Source of the DNA: Candidatus Gastranaerophilales bacterium
GTDB taxonomy: Bacteria > Cyanobacteriota > Vampirovibrionia > Gastranaerophilales > Gastranaerophilaceae
DNA: 64,000 nt
Direction of reading: 5' to 3'
Assembly: GCA_947625305.1 (NCBI GenBank)
Contig: CANQNW010000007.1
Span: 36,380 to 100,379 of the forward strand
The position numbers and the translations under genes were made by a program. The notes under the pieces are model-generated. The model saw only the letters and a program-made list of their open reading frames with translations, was not told where the DNA came from and made no database searches. Numbering within the stretch: position 1 is the stretch's first letter; every line of letters begins with the position of its first letter. This document shows, piece by piece, positions 1 to 11,725 of the stretch.

Positions 1-144
1 GCATTCATCCACCCAAAATGGTGCATTTAAAAGATATACTTTTGTTCTTACAAATATACCGAAAAATATAATTAATAAAACGAATAAAATGTATATTATA
101 TTAAATTTTTTATTTAAACTATTACTTAAATTTTCGCTAGACAT
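1..144 (-). CDS. Membrane protein, N-terminal fragment running off the window (GT-C/ArnT-like glycosyltransferase candidate)
   Basis: Reverse-strand ATG at 144 opens a stop-free frame to the window edge (MSSENLSNSLNKKFNIIYILFVLLIIFFGIFVRTKVYLLNAPFWVDEC). It has one clear TM helix followed by a W-x-DE motif like those near the N-terminus of GT-C glycosyltransferases. Only 48 codons are visible, so it is absent from the ORF track. Confidence 0.35.
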   Translation of the reverse strand, partial: MSSENLSNSLNKKFNIIYILFVLLIIFFGIFVRTKVYLLNAPFWVDEC

Positions 145-222
145 AGTTCTATTATACAACAATTTAATTATTGTATAAATTTATTTTTGACTTATATCTT
201 TGTCAGTAAGATAATAAATTTT

Positions 223-1995
223 ATGAATAAAACAGTTTTAGCACAAATAAATACAATAGCCGGAGATATTACTTATAACAGTAAAATAATTATTGAGAGT
301 ATTAAAAAAGCAAAAGAACAAAATGCCGATTTAATAATATTCCCCGAACTTGCATTAATGGGATACCCGTTTGGCGATATATTTATAAGACATAAATCTA
401 TAATTAAAAGGCAGTTAAAAGCACTTGAAGAAATAACTTCTAAAACTGATGGTATTACAGCATTGGTTGGATTTGTCGAACCTACATATGATTCGGAGAA
501 AAAACCTTTTTATAATTCGGTTGCAGTTATGCAAAACGGTAAAATTATTAATATTGCAAGAAAAAGACTGCTCCCCAATTATTCAGAGTTTAACGATTAC
601 AGGTATTTTGAACCCTCAAAAGAAACACCGAAAATTTTTGAACTTAACGGGGAAAGATACGGAATACTTGTATGCGAGGACAGTTTTAATGATAAATCAT
701 TTTTTAAAGATAAATGTATTTATAAGACCGACCCTGTTGCGGAATTAATGGAACAAAAGCCTGATATATTAATAAATTGTTCATGTTCGCCCTCAAGATG
801 CGGTAAAGAGTATATTAAAAACGGATTATTTTCCTCCATTGCAAAAAAATACAAAGTAAATTACATATATGTAAATCAGGCAGGTTATGCGGATAATCTT
901 TGCTTTGACGGCACATCAAGAATATATAATACAAAGGGTGAATTAACATTAAGAGCCAAATCTTTTGAAGAAGATTTTGTAATAACCGATAACCTGCATG
1001 GAGAAATAAACTCACTGCCTGTAGGGGCGGATAAAAAATTTGAATTGGTTGATTTTAAATCGGATTATGAAAATGATTTAGATAGGACTTATAAAAGTAT
1101 AATTTTCGGAATTAGAGAATACTTTAAAAAGAACGGATTTAAGAAAGCCGTATTAGGGTTATCGGGCGGGCTGGATTCTTCTATATGCGCCGTACTACTT
1201 TCTGATGCACTCGGGAAGGAAAATGTCTGGGGTATATCTATGCCAAGCAGAATAACCTCTAATGAAAGCAAAAATGATGCAAAACTTTTAGCGGAAAACT
1301 TAGGCATTAACTTTTTTGAAATTCCTCTGGCTGATGCCATTGACCCTTTAAAAGCCATGTTAAATTTTGCTTTTACTAATATAGAAACCGAAAAGTTTGA
1401 AAAATCAACAACAATAGAAAATTTGCAGGCACGGTTAAGAGCAACTCTTTTATGGAGCATATCAAACGAGCATAAACAAATGCTCCCGATTGCTACAAGT
1501 GATAAATCAGAAGCTTATATAGGCTATGCCACGGTTAACGGGGATATGTCAGGAGGATTTGCCCCAATAGCCGATGTAACAAAAACAAAACTGTTTGCAC
1601 TCGGGCATTTTTTTAACAAAAACAGAATGCAAAAAAACGCAATTCCTCAGGCAATTTTAGAAAAGCCCCCCGGAGCGGAATTAAAAATTAATCCTAAAAC
1701 AGGCAAAACTGTTTGCGCCGAAGAAGAAAACATGCCTTATGAATTTTTGGATGAAATCATCTGGAATGTTGAAACTAAAGGCTTTGGTTTTGAGGAATTA
1801 ATGAAACATAAATTTTATTATGAAAAAAATAATACTCTTTCAACAGAACAAAAAACAGAGTGGATTAATAAATTTTATTGGAAATCAAAATGCGCAGTAT
1901 ACAAATGGCATATTATTCCGCCATCTGTTGTTGTTGATGTTAAATCAATTAATTCAGTAGAATACCGCCAGCCTATTATATCTAAGGTTAATTAA
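223..1995 (+). CDS. nadE: Glutamine-dependent NAD+ synthetase
   Basis: The internal ATG at 223 (MNKTVLAQINT) is a likelier start than 187. An N-terminal CN-hydrolase glutaminase domain (FPELALMGYP, RKRLLPNY, GILVCED) is fused to an NAD synthetase PP-loop domain (GLSGGLDSS). Confidence 0.93.
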   Translation: MNKTVLAQINTIAGDITYNSKIIIESIKKAKEQNADLIIFPELALMGYPFGDIFIRHKSIIKRQLKALEEITSKTDGITALVGFVEPTYDSEKKPFYNSVAVMQNGKIINIARKRLLPNYSEFNDYRYFEPSKETPKIFELNGERYGILVCEDSFNDKSFFKDKCIYKTDPVAELMEQKPDILINCSCSPSRCGKEYIKNGLFSSIAKKYKVNYIYVNQAGYADNLCFDGTSRIYNTKGELTLRAKSFEEDFVITDNLHGEINSLPVGADKKFELVDFKSDYENDLDRTYKSIIFGIREYFKKNGFKKAVLGLSGGLDSSICAVLLSDALGKENVWGISMPSRITSNESKNDAKLLAENLGINFFEIPLADAIDPLKAMLNFAFTNIETEKFEKSTTIENLQARLRATLLWSISNEHKQMLPIATSDKSEAYIGYATVNGDMSGGFAPIADVTKTKLFALGHFFNKNRMQKNAIPQAILEKPPGAELKINPKTGKTVCAEEENMPYEFLDEIIWNVETKGFGFEELMKHKFYYEKNNTLSTEQKTEWINKFYWKSKCAVYKWHIIPPSVVVDVKSINSVEYRQPIISKVN

Positions 1996-3544
1996 TTTTT
2001 GTTTCTGTTTTTTCCTGTTCAATTTTTTCAAGTTTTAATGCAGCTTGTTTTCTGTTGCTTTGATAGCCGTACAAAAAGTAAATTACAATTCCAAGTACAA
2101 GCCACAAGGGGAATAACATGGCAGAAGTTTTAACTTCTCTTAAAGCAACAAACATAAGTCCCGAGCAGAATAATACACCGATTAACGGAAACCATGGACA
2201 GCATGGAACAGTAAATGAACGAGGTCTATCGGGTTCTGTTTTTCTTAATATTAAAATACCGATACAAACAATTACAAATGAAGAGAATGTACCAAAAATA
2301 GCGAGTTCTGCAGCAACTTGCATATTTATAAATAATGAACCTATTAAAATTAATATAGTTGATAATATTGTAATAACCCATGGTGTTTGGAATTTAGGAT
2401 GAACTTTTTTCATAACGGGAGGTAAAAACCCGTCACGGGCCATAGCATATAAAATTCTTGTAGTTCCGAATTGAAGAACTAAAAGAACTGATGTTAAACC
2501 TGCTAATGCGCCGATTGCAATAGCGCCTGCAAACCAATCCTGACCTACAAAACTCATAGCTGCAGCTATAGGAGCTTTTAAATCAATCTGCCCCATAGGC
2601 ATCATGCCAGTTAATACGATAGTAACCAGCCCGTATATAATAGAGCAGATAACAAGAGAACCGATTAAGCCGATAGGCAGATTTTTCTGCGGATCTTTAG
2701 TTTCTTCAGCGGCGGTGGATATTGCGTCAAATCCGATATATGCGTAAAATATAGCGAATGCACCCATTAAAATACCTTTAATGCCTGAAGGTGCAAAAGG
2801 TGTCCAGTTTTCAGGTCTTACATAGAATGCGCCGACACCGATAAATAGAGCAATAACGGCCACTTTAACAAATACCATTATTTTAGCAAAGTTAGCTGAT
2901 TCTTGAATACCTTTAAATAAAATCCCTGCAATAACAAGTATTATAAACATGGCAGGAAGATTAACACAAATCGGAATACCTAAGAAATGAGGTATTACGG
3001 CATCAGGGTTGGCGCTAACTGCGCTTTGATAATCATTGATAAGCCAAACAGGCGGATGTTTAATGCACTCGGGCAGGAAAGGAAATCCTTCAAAAAGCTT
3101 TATAAGATAACCCGTCCAGCTGGAGGCAACAGCTATAGTACCTATTGCATATTCAAGCATTAATACCCAGCCCATCATCCAAGCGGGAAATTCACCCATT
3201 GTCGCAAACGTATAAATATACGCACTTCCTGATACAGGTATCATAGAGGCAAATTCCGCATAGCATAAAGCGGGGAATATACAAGCGATAGTAACAAGCA
3301 CTATGGAAATAACCAATGCAGGGCCTGCTCCTACACGTTCTGCCGTACCTATAACAGCCGAGCCTATCATAACAAATATACCCGCACCGATAATTGCACT
3401 GATACCCAGTATTATTAAATCAAAAGCATTTAGACTCTTTTTTAATCCGCATTTAGCCGATTCCTCCAAGAATTCATCGGGATTTTTCCTTCTGAGCAAA
3501 TTGCATACAAAGTTTTCCAGTAAATTTTTTGCGGGTTTCTGCAT
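1988..3544 (-). CDS. APC-family amino acid permease
   Basis: 518 aa with at least 12 hydrophobic helices. N-terminal GAGIFV and later AEE(T/V)K-type motifs are typical of cationic amino acid/APC transporters. The stop region overlaps the nadE end by 8 nt (convergent). Confidence 0.85.
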   Translation of the reverse strand: MQKPAKNLLENFVCNLLRRKNPDEFLEESAKCGLKKSLNAFDLIILGISAIIGAGIFVMIGSAVIGTAERVGAGPALVISIVLVTIACIFPALCYAEFASMIPVSGSAYIYTFATMGEFPAWMMGWVLMLEYAIGTIAVASSWTGYLIKLFEGFPFLPECIKHPPVWLINDYQSAVSANPDAVIPHFLGIPICVNLPAMFIILVIAGILFKGIQESANFAKIMVFVKVAVIALFIGVGAFYVRPENWTPFAPSGIKGILMGAFAIFYAYIGFDAISTAAEETKDPQKNLPIGLIGSLVICSIIYGLVTIVLTGMMPMGQIDLKAPIAAAMSFVGQDWFAGAIAIGALAGLTSVLLVLQFGTTRILYAMARDGFLPPVMKKVHPKFQTPWVITILSTILILIGSLFINMQVAAELAIFGTFSSFVIVCIGILILRKTEPDRPRSFTVPCCPWFPLIGVLFCSGLMFVALREVKTSAMLFPLWLVLGIVIYFLYGYQSNRKQAALKLEKIEQEKTETKIN

Positions 3545-3564
3545 TTATTTGTTTCCTTTTTATA

Positions 3565-4455
3565 CTATACATTGCAAGGTTGTTTTTTCAACAAAGGGAA
3601 ACCGAGTTCCTGTCTTTGTTCAACATATAATTTTGCAACCATTGCAGCCATTTTTCTAACTCTATTTATATAATTAATTCTTTCATCACGGCTTATAACA
3701 CCTCTTGCATCCAGAAGATTGAATGTATGAGAGCATTTTAATACATAATCATACGCAGGAAGCACTATTTTAGCCTCGATGCAAGTTTCAACTTCAGCCT
3801 GAAACAAATCAAACATTTTAAATAATCTTTCAGGGTTTGAGTATTCAAAATTATACTTTGACTGTTCAATTTCATTTTGAAGATAAATCTCGCCGTATTT
3901 TAACTCTTTATTCCACATAACGTCATAAACGGAATCAACATTTTGAAGATACATAGCGATACGTTCAAGCCCGTATGTAATTTCAAGTGCGACAGGTCTT
4001 ATTTCAAGCCCGCCGACCTGCTGAAAATATGTAAACTGAGTTATTTCCATGCCGTCAAGCCAAACTTCCCAGCCGACACCTGCAGCGCCTAATGTGGGCG
4101 ATTCCCAGTTATCTTCAACAAATCTTACATCATGCTTTGATAAATCTATTCCCATAGCCTCTAAACTCTTTAAGTAAAGCTCTTGAGAGTTTTCGGGCGA
4201 GGGTTTTAATATAACCTGATATTGGAAATAATGCCCAAGCCTATTGGGGTTTTCGCCGTATCTTGCATCGGTGGGTCTGCGGCATGGTTCAACCATTGCG
4301 GTATTCCAAGGTTCAGGCCCAAGTGAACGCAAAAATGTTGCAGGGTTCATTGTGCTTGCACCCTTTTCTATATCATACGGCTGTTGTATTATACAACCAT
4401 AATCACTCCAAAACTTTGATAAATTCAATATTAATTCTTGAAACGTTAAACCCAC
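3565..4455 (-). CDS. glyQ: Glycine--tRNA ligase alpha subunit
   Basis: 296 aa with strongly conserved GlyQ strings ([46 protein letters not shown]). GTG start with an AGAGGA RBS. No glyS is adjacent. Confidence 0.95.
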   Translation of the reverse strand: MGLTFQELILNLSKFWSDYGCIIQQPYDIEKGASTMNPATFLRSLGPEPWNTAMVEPCRRPTDARYGENPNRLGHYFQYQVILKPSPENSQELYLKSLEAMGIDLSKHDVRFVEDNWESPTLGAAGVGWEVWLDGMEITQFTYFQQVGGLEIRPVALEITYGLERIAMYLQNVDSVYDVMWNKELKYGEIYLQNEIEQSKYNFEYSNPERLFKMFDLFQAEVETCIEAKIVLPAYDYVLKCSHTFNLLDARGVISRDERINYINRVRKMAAMVAKLYVEQRQELGFPLLKKQPCNV

Positions 4456-4642
4456 AATTAATAGTCCTCTTTTTTATCAGCTTTTATATTGTATTTCAAA
4501 CATGATTTTTTTGGAAATAAAATTTATTGTATTTTATACACTTCTTAAAATTTATTATTCATTAATATTATTATTTTTAGACTGTTATTTTTCTAATTTT
4601 TAAAAAAATCCCCGTTTTATAGGATTTTTTAATTTAAAATTT

Positions 4643-4680
4643 AAAAAAACAGAAATTTATTTTAAAAATTTCTGTTTTTT
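4643..4680. terminator. Bidirectional intrinsic terminator downstream of the WG-repeat gene
   Basis: A7 - CAGAAATTT (4650-4658) - 7-nt loop - AAATTTCTG (4666-4674) - T6. A perfect 9-bp stem is flanked by A and T runs. Confidence 0.7.
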
Positions 4681-4685
4681 CAACG

Positions 4686-6077
4686 TTAAGTTTTATTAAC
4701 TTCTGTATTTTGAGAACAGTATATATCCTCAGTTCCATCTTCTTTAATAAATTTAAAACAATTATCATCAACTTTTTTATATTGTTTCTTTAAATATTTA
4801 TGACATTTTTCAAGATTTCCATTATTCTTTACAAAATCATCAAAAGAACTTACATAATATAAATTTTCATCAGTTAAAAGCAGAACATGACCTTTAAATA
4901 AATAGATTTGTTTAAATATAGGTTCTGCAATATATTTGTTCTTGTATATAATCCCATAATTTTTAACTTTCACTTTTATAAGTTCGTTATCAGTTATTTT
5001 TATAATATTACTTACCGACATAGCATTCATAATAATATTGCCTTGGAAATCAATTACACCAAGACCTCCGCCATTTTTTCCAAATTCTTTATATATTGCA
5101 TATTTATCACTTAAGGGTATAATCATTTGAAAACTTTTTTTACTAACCTTGTTACCTTTTTTATCGATAATATTTATCTCTCTTTGTTCTCTTCCGACTG
5201 CATAATAATCATCAGACAATTTAGTAACATCAGGCCCTATTTCTCCTGAAGTAATTATTCCCCCATTTTCATCTAAAATACTGCAATTTGTATAATTTTC
5301 ACAAGCTACAAAATAATGAGAATCATCATGAGCTGTTTTATATAATATTTTATAATATTTTTCAGGAATTATAATTTTATTTTTATTATTGATTATTCCT
5401 TGTTTTAAATCTTCACTCTCTATTATAAATAAATTATTATACAGTCCGGCAAGTTTTCTTTTCTTTAACGGAAGTATTTTTTCGCCTTTGTTATTAAATA
5501 TTCCGTATGAATCGTTCTTTTTTACTATATAATAATATCCGCCTGAGTATTCCTTATTTTCTTGAAATTTAATATCATCATAAATCGGTTTTAATACTTC
5601 TTTACCGTTATAAAAAACCATTCCGTATTTATCGTTCTTTTTTGTTAATATTCCGCCCCAAGATTCATAACCGCAGTTAAGTTCATCATATTTTTTCGTC
5701 TTATAAACTACATCCCCGTTATAATAAATAATTTCTTTATACTTACCTGTAACTGCATTAAAAAACAAACTGTACGGGAAACGGCAAGCTTTTATTTCTT
5801 TATATTTTTGAGGAATAATAAGTTTGCCTTTTACATTATCATAAACACCGATTAAACCTTTCTCGTTTTGAGGATAATCATAAGGATTATCACCTAATGC
5901 TCCAAAATACGGTGTGACATTATTTATATCCTTTAATTCCGGATATTTTTGTTTCATTTCCGCAGTATAAAACCTTGTATATTTATCATCTTCATATTTT
6001 GGTTTAATAAAGTATTTAAAAACAATAAACCCGATAATTAAAGATAATGATAAAAATAAAATGACGAATTTTTTCAA
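4686..6077 (-). CDS. Membrane-anchored WG-repeat (KWG-like beta-propeller repeat) protein
   Basis: N-terminal TM anchor (FVILFLSLSLIIGFIVF) followed by repeated units such as GLIGVYDNVKGKLIIPQKY, KYGMVFYNGKEVLKPIYD, SYGIFNNKGEKILP, QGIINNKNKIIIPEKY and LGVIDFQGNIIM. Confidence 0.6.
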   Translation of the reverse strand: MKKFVILFLSLSLIIGFIVFKYFIKPKYEDDKYTRFYTAEMKQKYPELKDINNVTPYFGALGDNPYDYPQNEKGLIGVYDNVKGKLIIPQKYKEIKACRFPYSLFFNAVTGKYKEIIYYNGDVVYKTKKYDELNCGYESWGGILTKKNDKYGMVFYNGKEVLKPIYDDIKFQENKEYSGGYYYIVKKNDSYGIFNNKGEKILPLKKRKLAGLYNNLFIIESEDLKQGIINNKNKIIIPEKYYKILYKTAHDDSHYFVACENYTNCSILDENGGIITSGEIGPDVTKLSDDYYAVGREQREINIIDKKGNKVSKKSFQMIIPLSDKYAIYKEFGKNGGGLGVIDFQGNIIMNAMSVSNIIKITDNELIKVKVKNYGIIYKNKYIAEPIFKQIYLFKGHVLLLTDENLYYVSSFDDFVKNNGNLEKCHKYLKKQYKKVDDNCFKFIKEDGTEDIYCSQNTEVNKT

Positions 6078-6135
6078 TAAACTACTCCCAAGTTCAAAAT
6101 AACCATATAATAATACAATAATTTGATGAAATGAG

Positions 6136-6168
6136 CAAAAAAGAACCGTTTCATTTGAAACGGTTCTT
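6136..6168 (-). terminator. Intrinsic terminator of gap
   Basis: On the minus strand, AGAACCGTTTC - loop - GAAACGGTTCT is followed by a T run, immediately downstream of the gap stop. Confidence 0.75.
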
Positions 6169-6189
6169 TAATCTGATTTATTCTGAAAA

Positions 6190-7227
<1,038 letters not shown>

Positions 7228-7323
7228 TTATTGTTCACGTGTATTTATAAATTAAACATAAAGTTTAATCAAGTAAATTTTTTTGTTATAATTCATCATG
7301 AAATCAGACAAAAACAGGTTATC

Positions 7324-7959
7324 ATGACAACTAAATTTTCAACAAAAACACCTAAAAGCTTTAATATATGGCGAAGAATGTTTCAATACATTGCCTGCAA
7401 TACGGTTATTATCAATATGATAAGGTCAAAATATAAAGTATTGAAAGCGGAAGGTATTGAAAATATTGACAAATCAAAAAAATATATTATTGCAAGCAAC
7501 CACGTAACAGGCTTTGACCCGTTCTTTATAGCAAATCAATATAAACTTACAATAGCATATATGGCTAAAAAACAATTATTTGAAACCTTTTGGTCGATGG
7601 TTTTAATGGATTGGTGCGGAGCTTTTGCCGTGGATAGAGATAAAGTCGACGTATCCACAATAAAAACAGCTCTATCCATAAAAAAAACAAATTGGCATTT
7701 GGGGTTATTTCCGCAAGGTACAAGAAGTAATACAGGAAAACTTGAAAATATAACTAAAGGATTTGCCTCCATAGCAAAAAAAATGGATATTGATATTCTG
7801 CCGATAGCAATTATAGTTAGAAATTCCGAAAACGGTAAACAAACAATGCAGTTAAAAGCAGGAAAACCTATTTCATGCAAAAAAAGTGTTGAAGAAATTG
7901 TTGACGAATGGGCAAATTCCGTATGTTCACTGGGCGGATTTGAATATGTTCAATCATAA
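7324..7959 (+). CDS. plsC: 1-acyl-sn-glycerol-3-phosphate acyltransferase family protein
   Basis: NHVTGFDP (HX4D block) and FPQGTRS block III. The start at the internal ATG 7324 (MTTKFST) is preferred over 7231. Confidence 0.8.
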   Translation: MTTKFSTKTPKSFNIWRRMFQYIACNTVIINMIRSKYKVLKAEGIENIDKSKKYIIASNHVTGFDPFFIANQYKLTIAYMAKKQLFETFWSMVLMDWCGAFAVDRDKVDVSTIKTALSIKKTNWHLGLFPQGTRSNTGKLENITKGFASIAKKMDIDILPIAIIVRNSENGKQTMQLKAGKPISCKKSVEEIVDEWANSVCSLGGFEYVQS

Positions 7960-7978
7960 ATAAAGAAAGAGTTTACGA

Positions 7979-8689
7979 ATGGGACAAAAAGAAGAAAAAA
8001 AGAAAAACTATACCAAAAGAGAAGTTTCTGATTTTACCGAAGGCAAGTACAAATTTCAGCTTTTTGGCAGGTGGCTTGTACCTAATACTCTTCTGCCTCT
8101 ATTCTATAAAATAGAATATATAGGTAGAGAAAATATTCCCTCTGACAGAAATTTTATTATTGCCCCTAATCACATTTCATATCTTGACCCGTTTGTAGTA
8201 GGGGAGGCGGTTAAAAAACCCATTGCTTTTATGGGCAAAAAAGAACTTTTTGAAAATAAAATTCTTGCTTTTTTATTGGATGGACTTGCCTGCTTTGCCG
8301 TAAACAGAGAAAAACTTGAAGTATCAACAATTAAAACCGCTTTAAACGTTTTTAAAACTAACCGCTGGATGCTCGGAATTTTCCCGCAGGGCGGTATCAG
8401 AAGAAACAGAAAAATTGAAAAAATTAATAAAGGTTTTGCGGTTATTGCAAAACAAATGAAAACCGATATCTTGCCTATCGGAATTACGGGCAGTGAAGAA
8501 TATAATTGGATTCCCTTTAAAGGCAAATTAAAAGTAGCTATAGGAAAGCCTATTTCCTTTAATCAGGAATATGATGAAATTATTGACGAATGGGGCAGAA
8601 AGGTTGCAGAGTTAATTAATTATGAATATATTAAGGATACTCAAGATTCATCGTCAAAAGAAACAAAAACTCCCGTTAATATATCATAG
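7979..8689 (+). CDS. plsC: 1-acyl-sn-glycerol-3-phosphate acyltransferase family protein (tandem paralog)
   Basis: NHISYLDP and FPQGGIRR blocks. It is collinear with the upstream paralog (shared strings such as AFAVDRDKVDVSTIKTAL / CFAVNREKLEVSTIKTAL). Confidence 0.8.
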   Translation: MGQKEEKKKNYTKREVSDFTEGKYKFQLFGRWLVPNTLLPLFYKIEYIGRENIPSDRNFIIAPNHISYLDPFVVGEAVKKPIAFMGKKELFENKILAFLLDGLACFAVNREKLEVSTIKTALNVFKTNRWMLGIFPQGGIRRNRKIEKINKGFAVIAKQMKTDILPIGITGSEEYNWIPFKGKLKVAIGKPISFNQEYDEIIDEWGRKVAELINYEYIKDTQDSSSKETKTPVNIS

Positions 8690-11600
8690 ATAATTTATTT
8701 ATAAACTCCTCTTTATTATAACTTGTTAGTTTATAATATAAGTTATATTTACATTCTCTTAATTTTTCATTTAACTCATATTCCGTAATATCTGATAAAA
8801 TAACCAGTTTAACATTGTAATAATTCTCATCACTTTTAAGATATCTTATAAGCCTTATTACTTCTTCCGAAACATCGGTTACACAGCAAATTATTATGTC
8901 GGTGTCATTTTTTTGAATGTAATCATATGTCGAATTAATATTATTAAATTCAATTATGTAATCAAAAGTATCCGTTAAATCATTTTTTATAAACGTTAAA
9001 TTATTATTTGCATCACTTAATATTAGTGCCTTTTTATCTTTTAAGTTTAGTTTTTTATCTTCAATCGAGATATTTTTTATTTCAAATAAAGAATTATAAT
9101 CAGCTAAGACGGTATTTCTTATTAATTCAAAAGGATTAATTATTAAACAAATTTCTCCCGAGGACAAGGTTGTAAACCCGCTGATATTTTTAATTTTTAA
9201 TATGGGCGGTACTAATTTTTTATTAAAAATTTCCTGATCCCCTATTAATTTATCAACAATATATGCAGCTTGTCTTTCTTGATTTTCAATTATAATAACG
9301 GTAAATAAATTATTTTCGGTATAAATATAATTTTCTTCGCCTAATATTTCGGAAAGGTAATAAATCGGAATACTATGCTCTTCAAATAATATAGAATTTA
9401 TACCGTTCTTTTTAAAAATATCATTTTTTGTTATTTGTTTTATATATTTTATTGCTCCTACGGGGATTGCATATTTTTGATTATTAACAAGTAAAATAAA
9501 GGTTTTAATTGTAGACATAGAAATAGGAAGTTTTATTGTAACCCTGCAGCCTTTATTTAATTCGGAATCAATAGATAATTCTCCGTTTAAATTAGCTATC
9601 TTTGTTTTAACAACATCAAGCCCGATACCTCTGCCTGATATTTCGCTTATTGAATCACGAGTAGAAAAACCGGGTAAGAATAATATTTTCATTAATTGTT
9701 CCTGAGGGATATTATCGGCTTCTTCTTGTGTTAGTATTCCTTTCTTTATTGCGGTTGATTTAATTTTTTCATAATTAATTCCGTAACCGTCATCTTCTAT
9801 TGTGATTATTACATTGTTTTCAGCTTGTTTTGCAGTTAGTTTTACAAGTCCTTCTTCTTTTTTATTATTTTTTATTCTTAATTCGGGTTCTTCAATTCCA
9901 TGTGAAACCGCATTCCTTAGAATATGAATTAACGGCATTTTTATTTCTTCAATTATTTTTTTATCTACCGTTGTATCACTTCCGTTTATTATAAAATTAA
10001 TTTTTTTATTATTTTCTTTTGCAATATCTCTCATCATTCTCGGAAATGAATGAAATATTGAGGCTAAAGGTAAAACTCTGATTGTCTTTGCAATTGTATC
10101 TATTTCCATAACGGTTTGATGGAGCTTATTATCATCTTCGGAAATAATATTATACAAATTATTAAAATCTATATTTATTCCCGTTATCATTTCTGATGTG
10201 TCCATAAAAAAGTTTTGGGTCTTTTTGTAAAAGACTTGTGTACTTTCATCAGAATCAGAAAGGAAAAATCCCCTTTTTTCAAGGTATTTTATGTAATTTA
10301 TTATTTTTTTACTTACATTACCCAGTTTGGATAATTTATTATATATCTGTGAAAGTCTTAATAGATGTTCCTGAGTTTTTATTCCGTTAATTAATAATTC
10401 ACCCGTTTGTCCTATTAAATTATCAACCTTGTCTGAATCCACTCTTAAGACCTTTATTTCCTCCATATCAAAAGATTTAATATTCTTTTTTAAATTATCA
10501 TATTCCCCTAAAGAAATTAAAGAATTATGCTCAATACTTTCAGCGGGGGTTCTTAATTCCGGCACCGTAGTATTAAACATATCTTCAACAAGGTTTAATC
10601 TCTCGGATAATGAATTAAGCTTAACCTCATTAAATTCTTTATGATTTGATATACATCTTCTTATATATATAATGCATTGAAGCATTACAAGATAACAATC
10701 ATTATCAACCTGAAAATTATTGTTGTTTATCATATTTAAAATATTTATTATTTTAGAAAATAAAGGCTCAAGCTTATTTTCGTTAACAAAAGAATGAATT
10801 TTTTCAAGATTATTTATAATTTCTTTTGAAATATCTTTTTCATTTTTTATTCTGTGAAGATTTGAAAAAATATACTCAAATTCTTTTTTTAGTCCTGTTT
10901 CTTGAACATTATCTATGTTTTTGTTTTTTTCTTCTTTTTTTTCAGTTGTTTTTAAATTATTTTGTTTATTGAGATTTGTAGTAATATTTAAATTTTTAAA
11001 CAAATTATAAATAAGATTTCTTAAATGCAGTATTTTTGATTTTAATTCTTCAAACTTGAAATTATCATTTAATTTTGCATATTCAATAATCGATTTTAAT
11101 TCATTTTTTATTTCGTCATAATTTGTATTATTAAATATTTCCTCTAACTTAGAAATATTATCATTAATAACGGGAACAACTTCTTCTAATGTATAATCAT
11201 TCTCGGTTTCGAGAACAAACATAAGTTCCAAAATAATAGCATTAATATCTTCCGTCTTAGGAATTAAAAGATTATCTTTAATATTATTTTCCTGCTTTTC
11301 GGGTATTATTCTGTTAAAAGTAATAAAATTATCAAGTTTGTTGATAAAAACGGTAATATCTTTATCGGCAATTTCAGATTTATTTACAACGGATTTATGA
11401 ATTAAATCAAGAAGAAAATCACAAACGTGATAGATTTCTTCAAACATATCACTGTTAATTTTAACGTCGTCTTGACCCCAAAAAGAAAGAATATCTTCTA
11501 ATTTATGAGCAATATTTTGAATATTGTTAAATCCAATCATTCTGGATGCACCTTTAAGTGAATGTGCAAGCTGAAATAACTTTTTTAAAGGGGTTTTATC

Positions 11601-11714
11601 TAAAGGATTTTTTTCAAGCAGTAAAAAATAATCGTTAAGCTGTTGAATGATTTCTTCGCTTTCCGAATTGTAAATTCTTAAGATTTCATCAAGTTCCTCA
11701 GGATTATATTGCAT
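8676..11714 (-). CDS. cheA: Chemotaxis histidine kinase CheA with extended P1-P3 spacer and C-terminal receiver-like domain
   Basis: Hpt (LAHSLKGASRMIGF, His51), P3 (LRVDSDKVDNLIGQTGELLI, about residue 421), N box (HILRNAVSHGIE), G1 (DDGYGIN), G2 (GRGIGLDVV), a CheW-like P5 and a roughly 119-aa REC-like tail. Confidence 0.85.
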   Translation of the reverse strand: MQYNPEELDEILRIYNSESEEIIQQLNDYFLLLEKNPLDKTPLKKLFQLAHSLKGASRMIGFNNIQNIAHKLEDILSFWGQDDVKINSDMFEEIYHVCDFLLDLIHKSVVNKSEIADKDITVFINKLDNFITFNRIIPEKQENNIKDNLLIPKTEDINAIILELMFVLETENDYTLEEVVPVINDNISKLEEIFNNTNYDEIKNELKSIIEYAKLNDNFKFEELKSKILHLRNLIYNLFKNLNITTNLNKQNNLKTTEKKEEKNKNIDNVQETGLKKEFEYIFSNLHRIKNEKDISKEIINNLEKIHSFVNENKLEPLFSKIINILNMINNNNFQVDNDCYLVMLQCIIYIRRCISNHKEFNEVKLNSLSERLNLVEDMFNTTVPELRTPAESIEHNSLISLGEYDNLKKNIKSFDMEEIKVLRVDSDKVDNLIGQTGELLINGIKTQEHLLRLSQIYNKLSKLGNVSKKIINYIKYLEKRGFFLSDSDESTQVFYKKTQNFFMDTSEMITGINIDFNNLYNIISEDDNKLHQTVMEIDTIAKTIRVLPLASIFHSFPRMMRDIAKENNKKINFIINGSDTTVDKKIIEEIKMPLIHILRNAVSHGIEEPELRIKNNKKEEGLVKLTAKQAENNVIITIEDDGYGINYEKIKSTAIKKGILTQEEADNIPQEQLMKILFLPGFSTRDSISEISGRGIGLDVVKTKIANLNGELSIDSELNKGCRVTIKLPISMSTIKTFILLVNNQKYAIPVGAIKYIKQITKNDIFKKNGINSILFEEHSIPIYYLSEILGEENYIYTENNLFTVIIIENQERQAAYIVDKLIGDQEIFNKKLVPPILKIKNISGFTTLSSGEICLIINPFELIRNTVLADYNSLFEIKNISIEDKKLNLKDKKALILSDANNNLTFIKNDLTDTFDYIIEFNNINSTYDYIQKNDTDIIICCVTDVSEEVIRLIRYLKSDENYYNVKLVILSDITEYELNEKLRECKYNLYYKLTSYNKEEFINKLSMIY

Positions 11715-11725
11715 TTTTTACCTTG

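Noticed and set aside
4456-4642. A possible T-box or other leader upstream of glyQ, and likewise upstream of proS at 28011-28062.
   Set aside because: The spacers are extremely AT-rich. They lack a specifier/antiterminator architecture, a conserved T-box sequence or GC-rich stems. Only a weak A/T-flanked hairpin (4604-4629) is visible.
7324-8689. The tandem PlsC-type acyltransferase paralogs as something unusual.
   Set aside because: Both retain the HX4D and FPxGxR blocks and differ mainly in their termini. Tandem lysophospholipid acyltransferase paralogs are common, and nothing in the sequence suggests a novel function.
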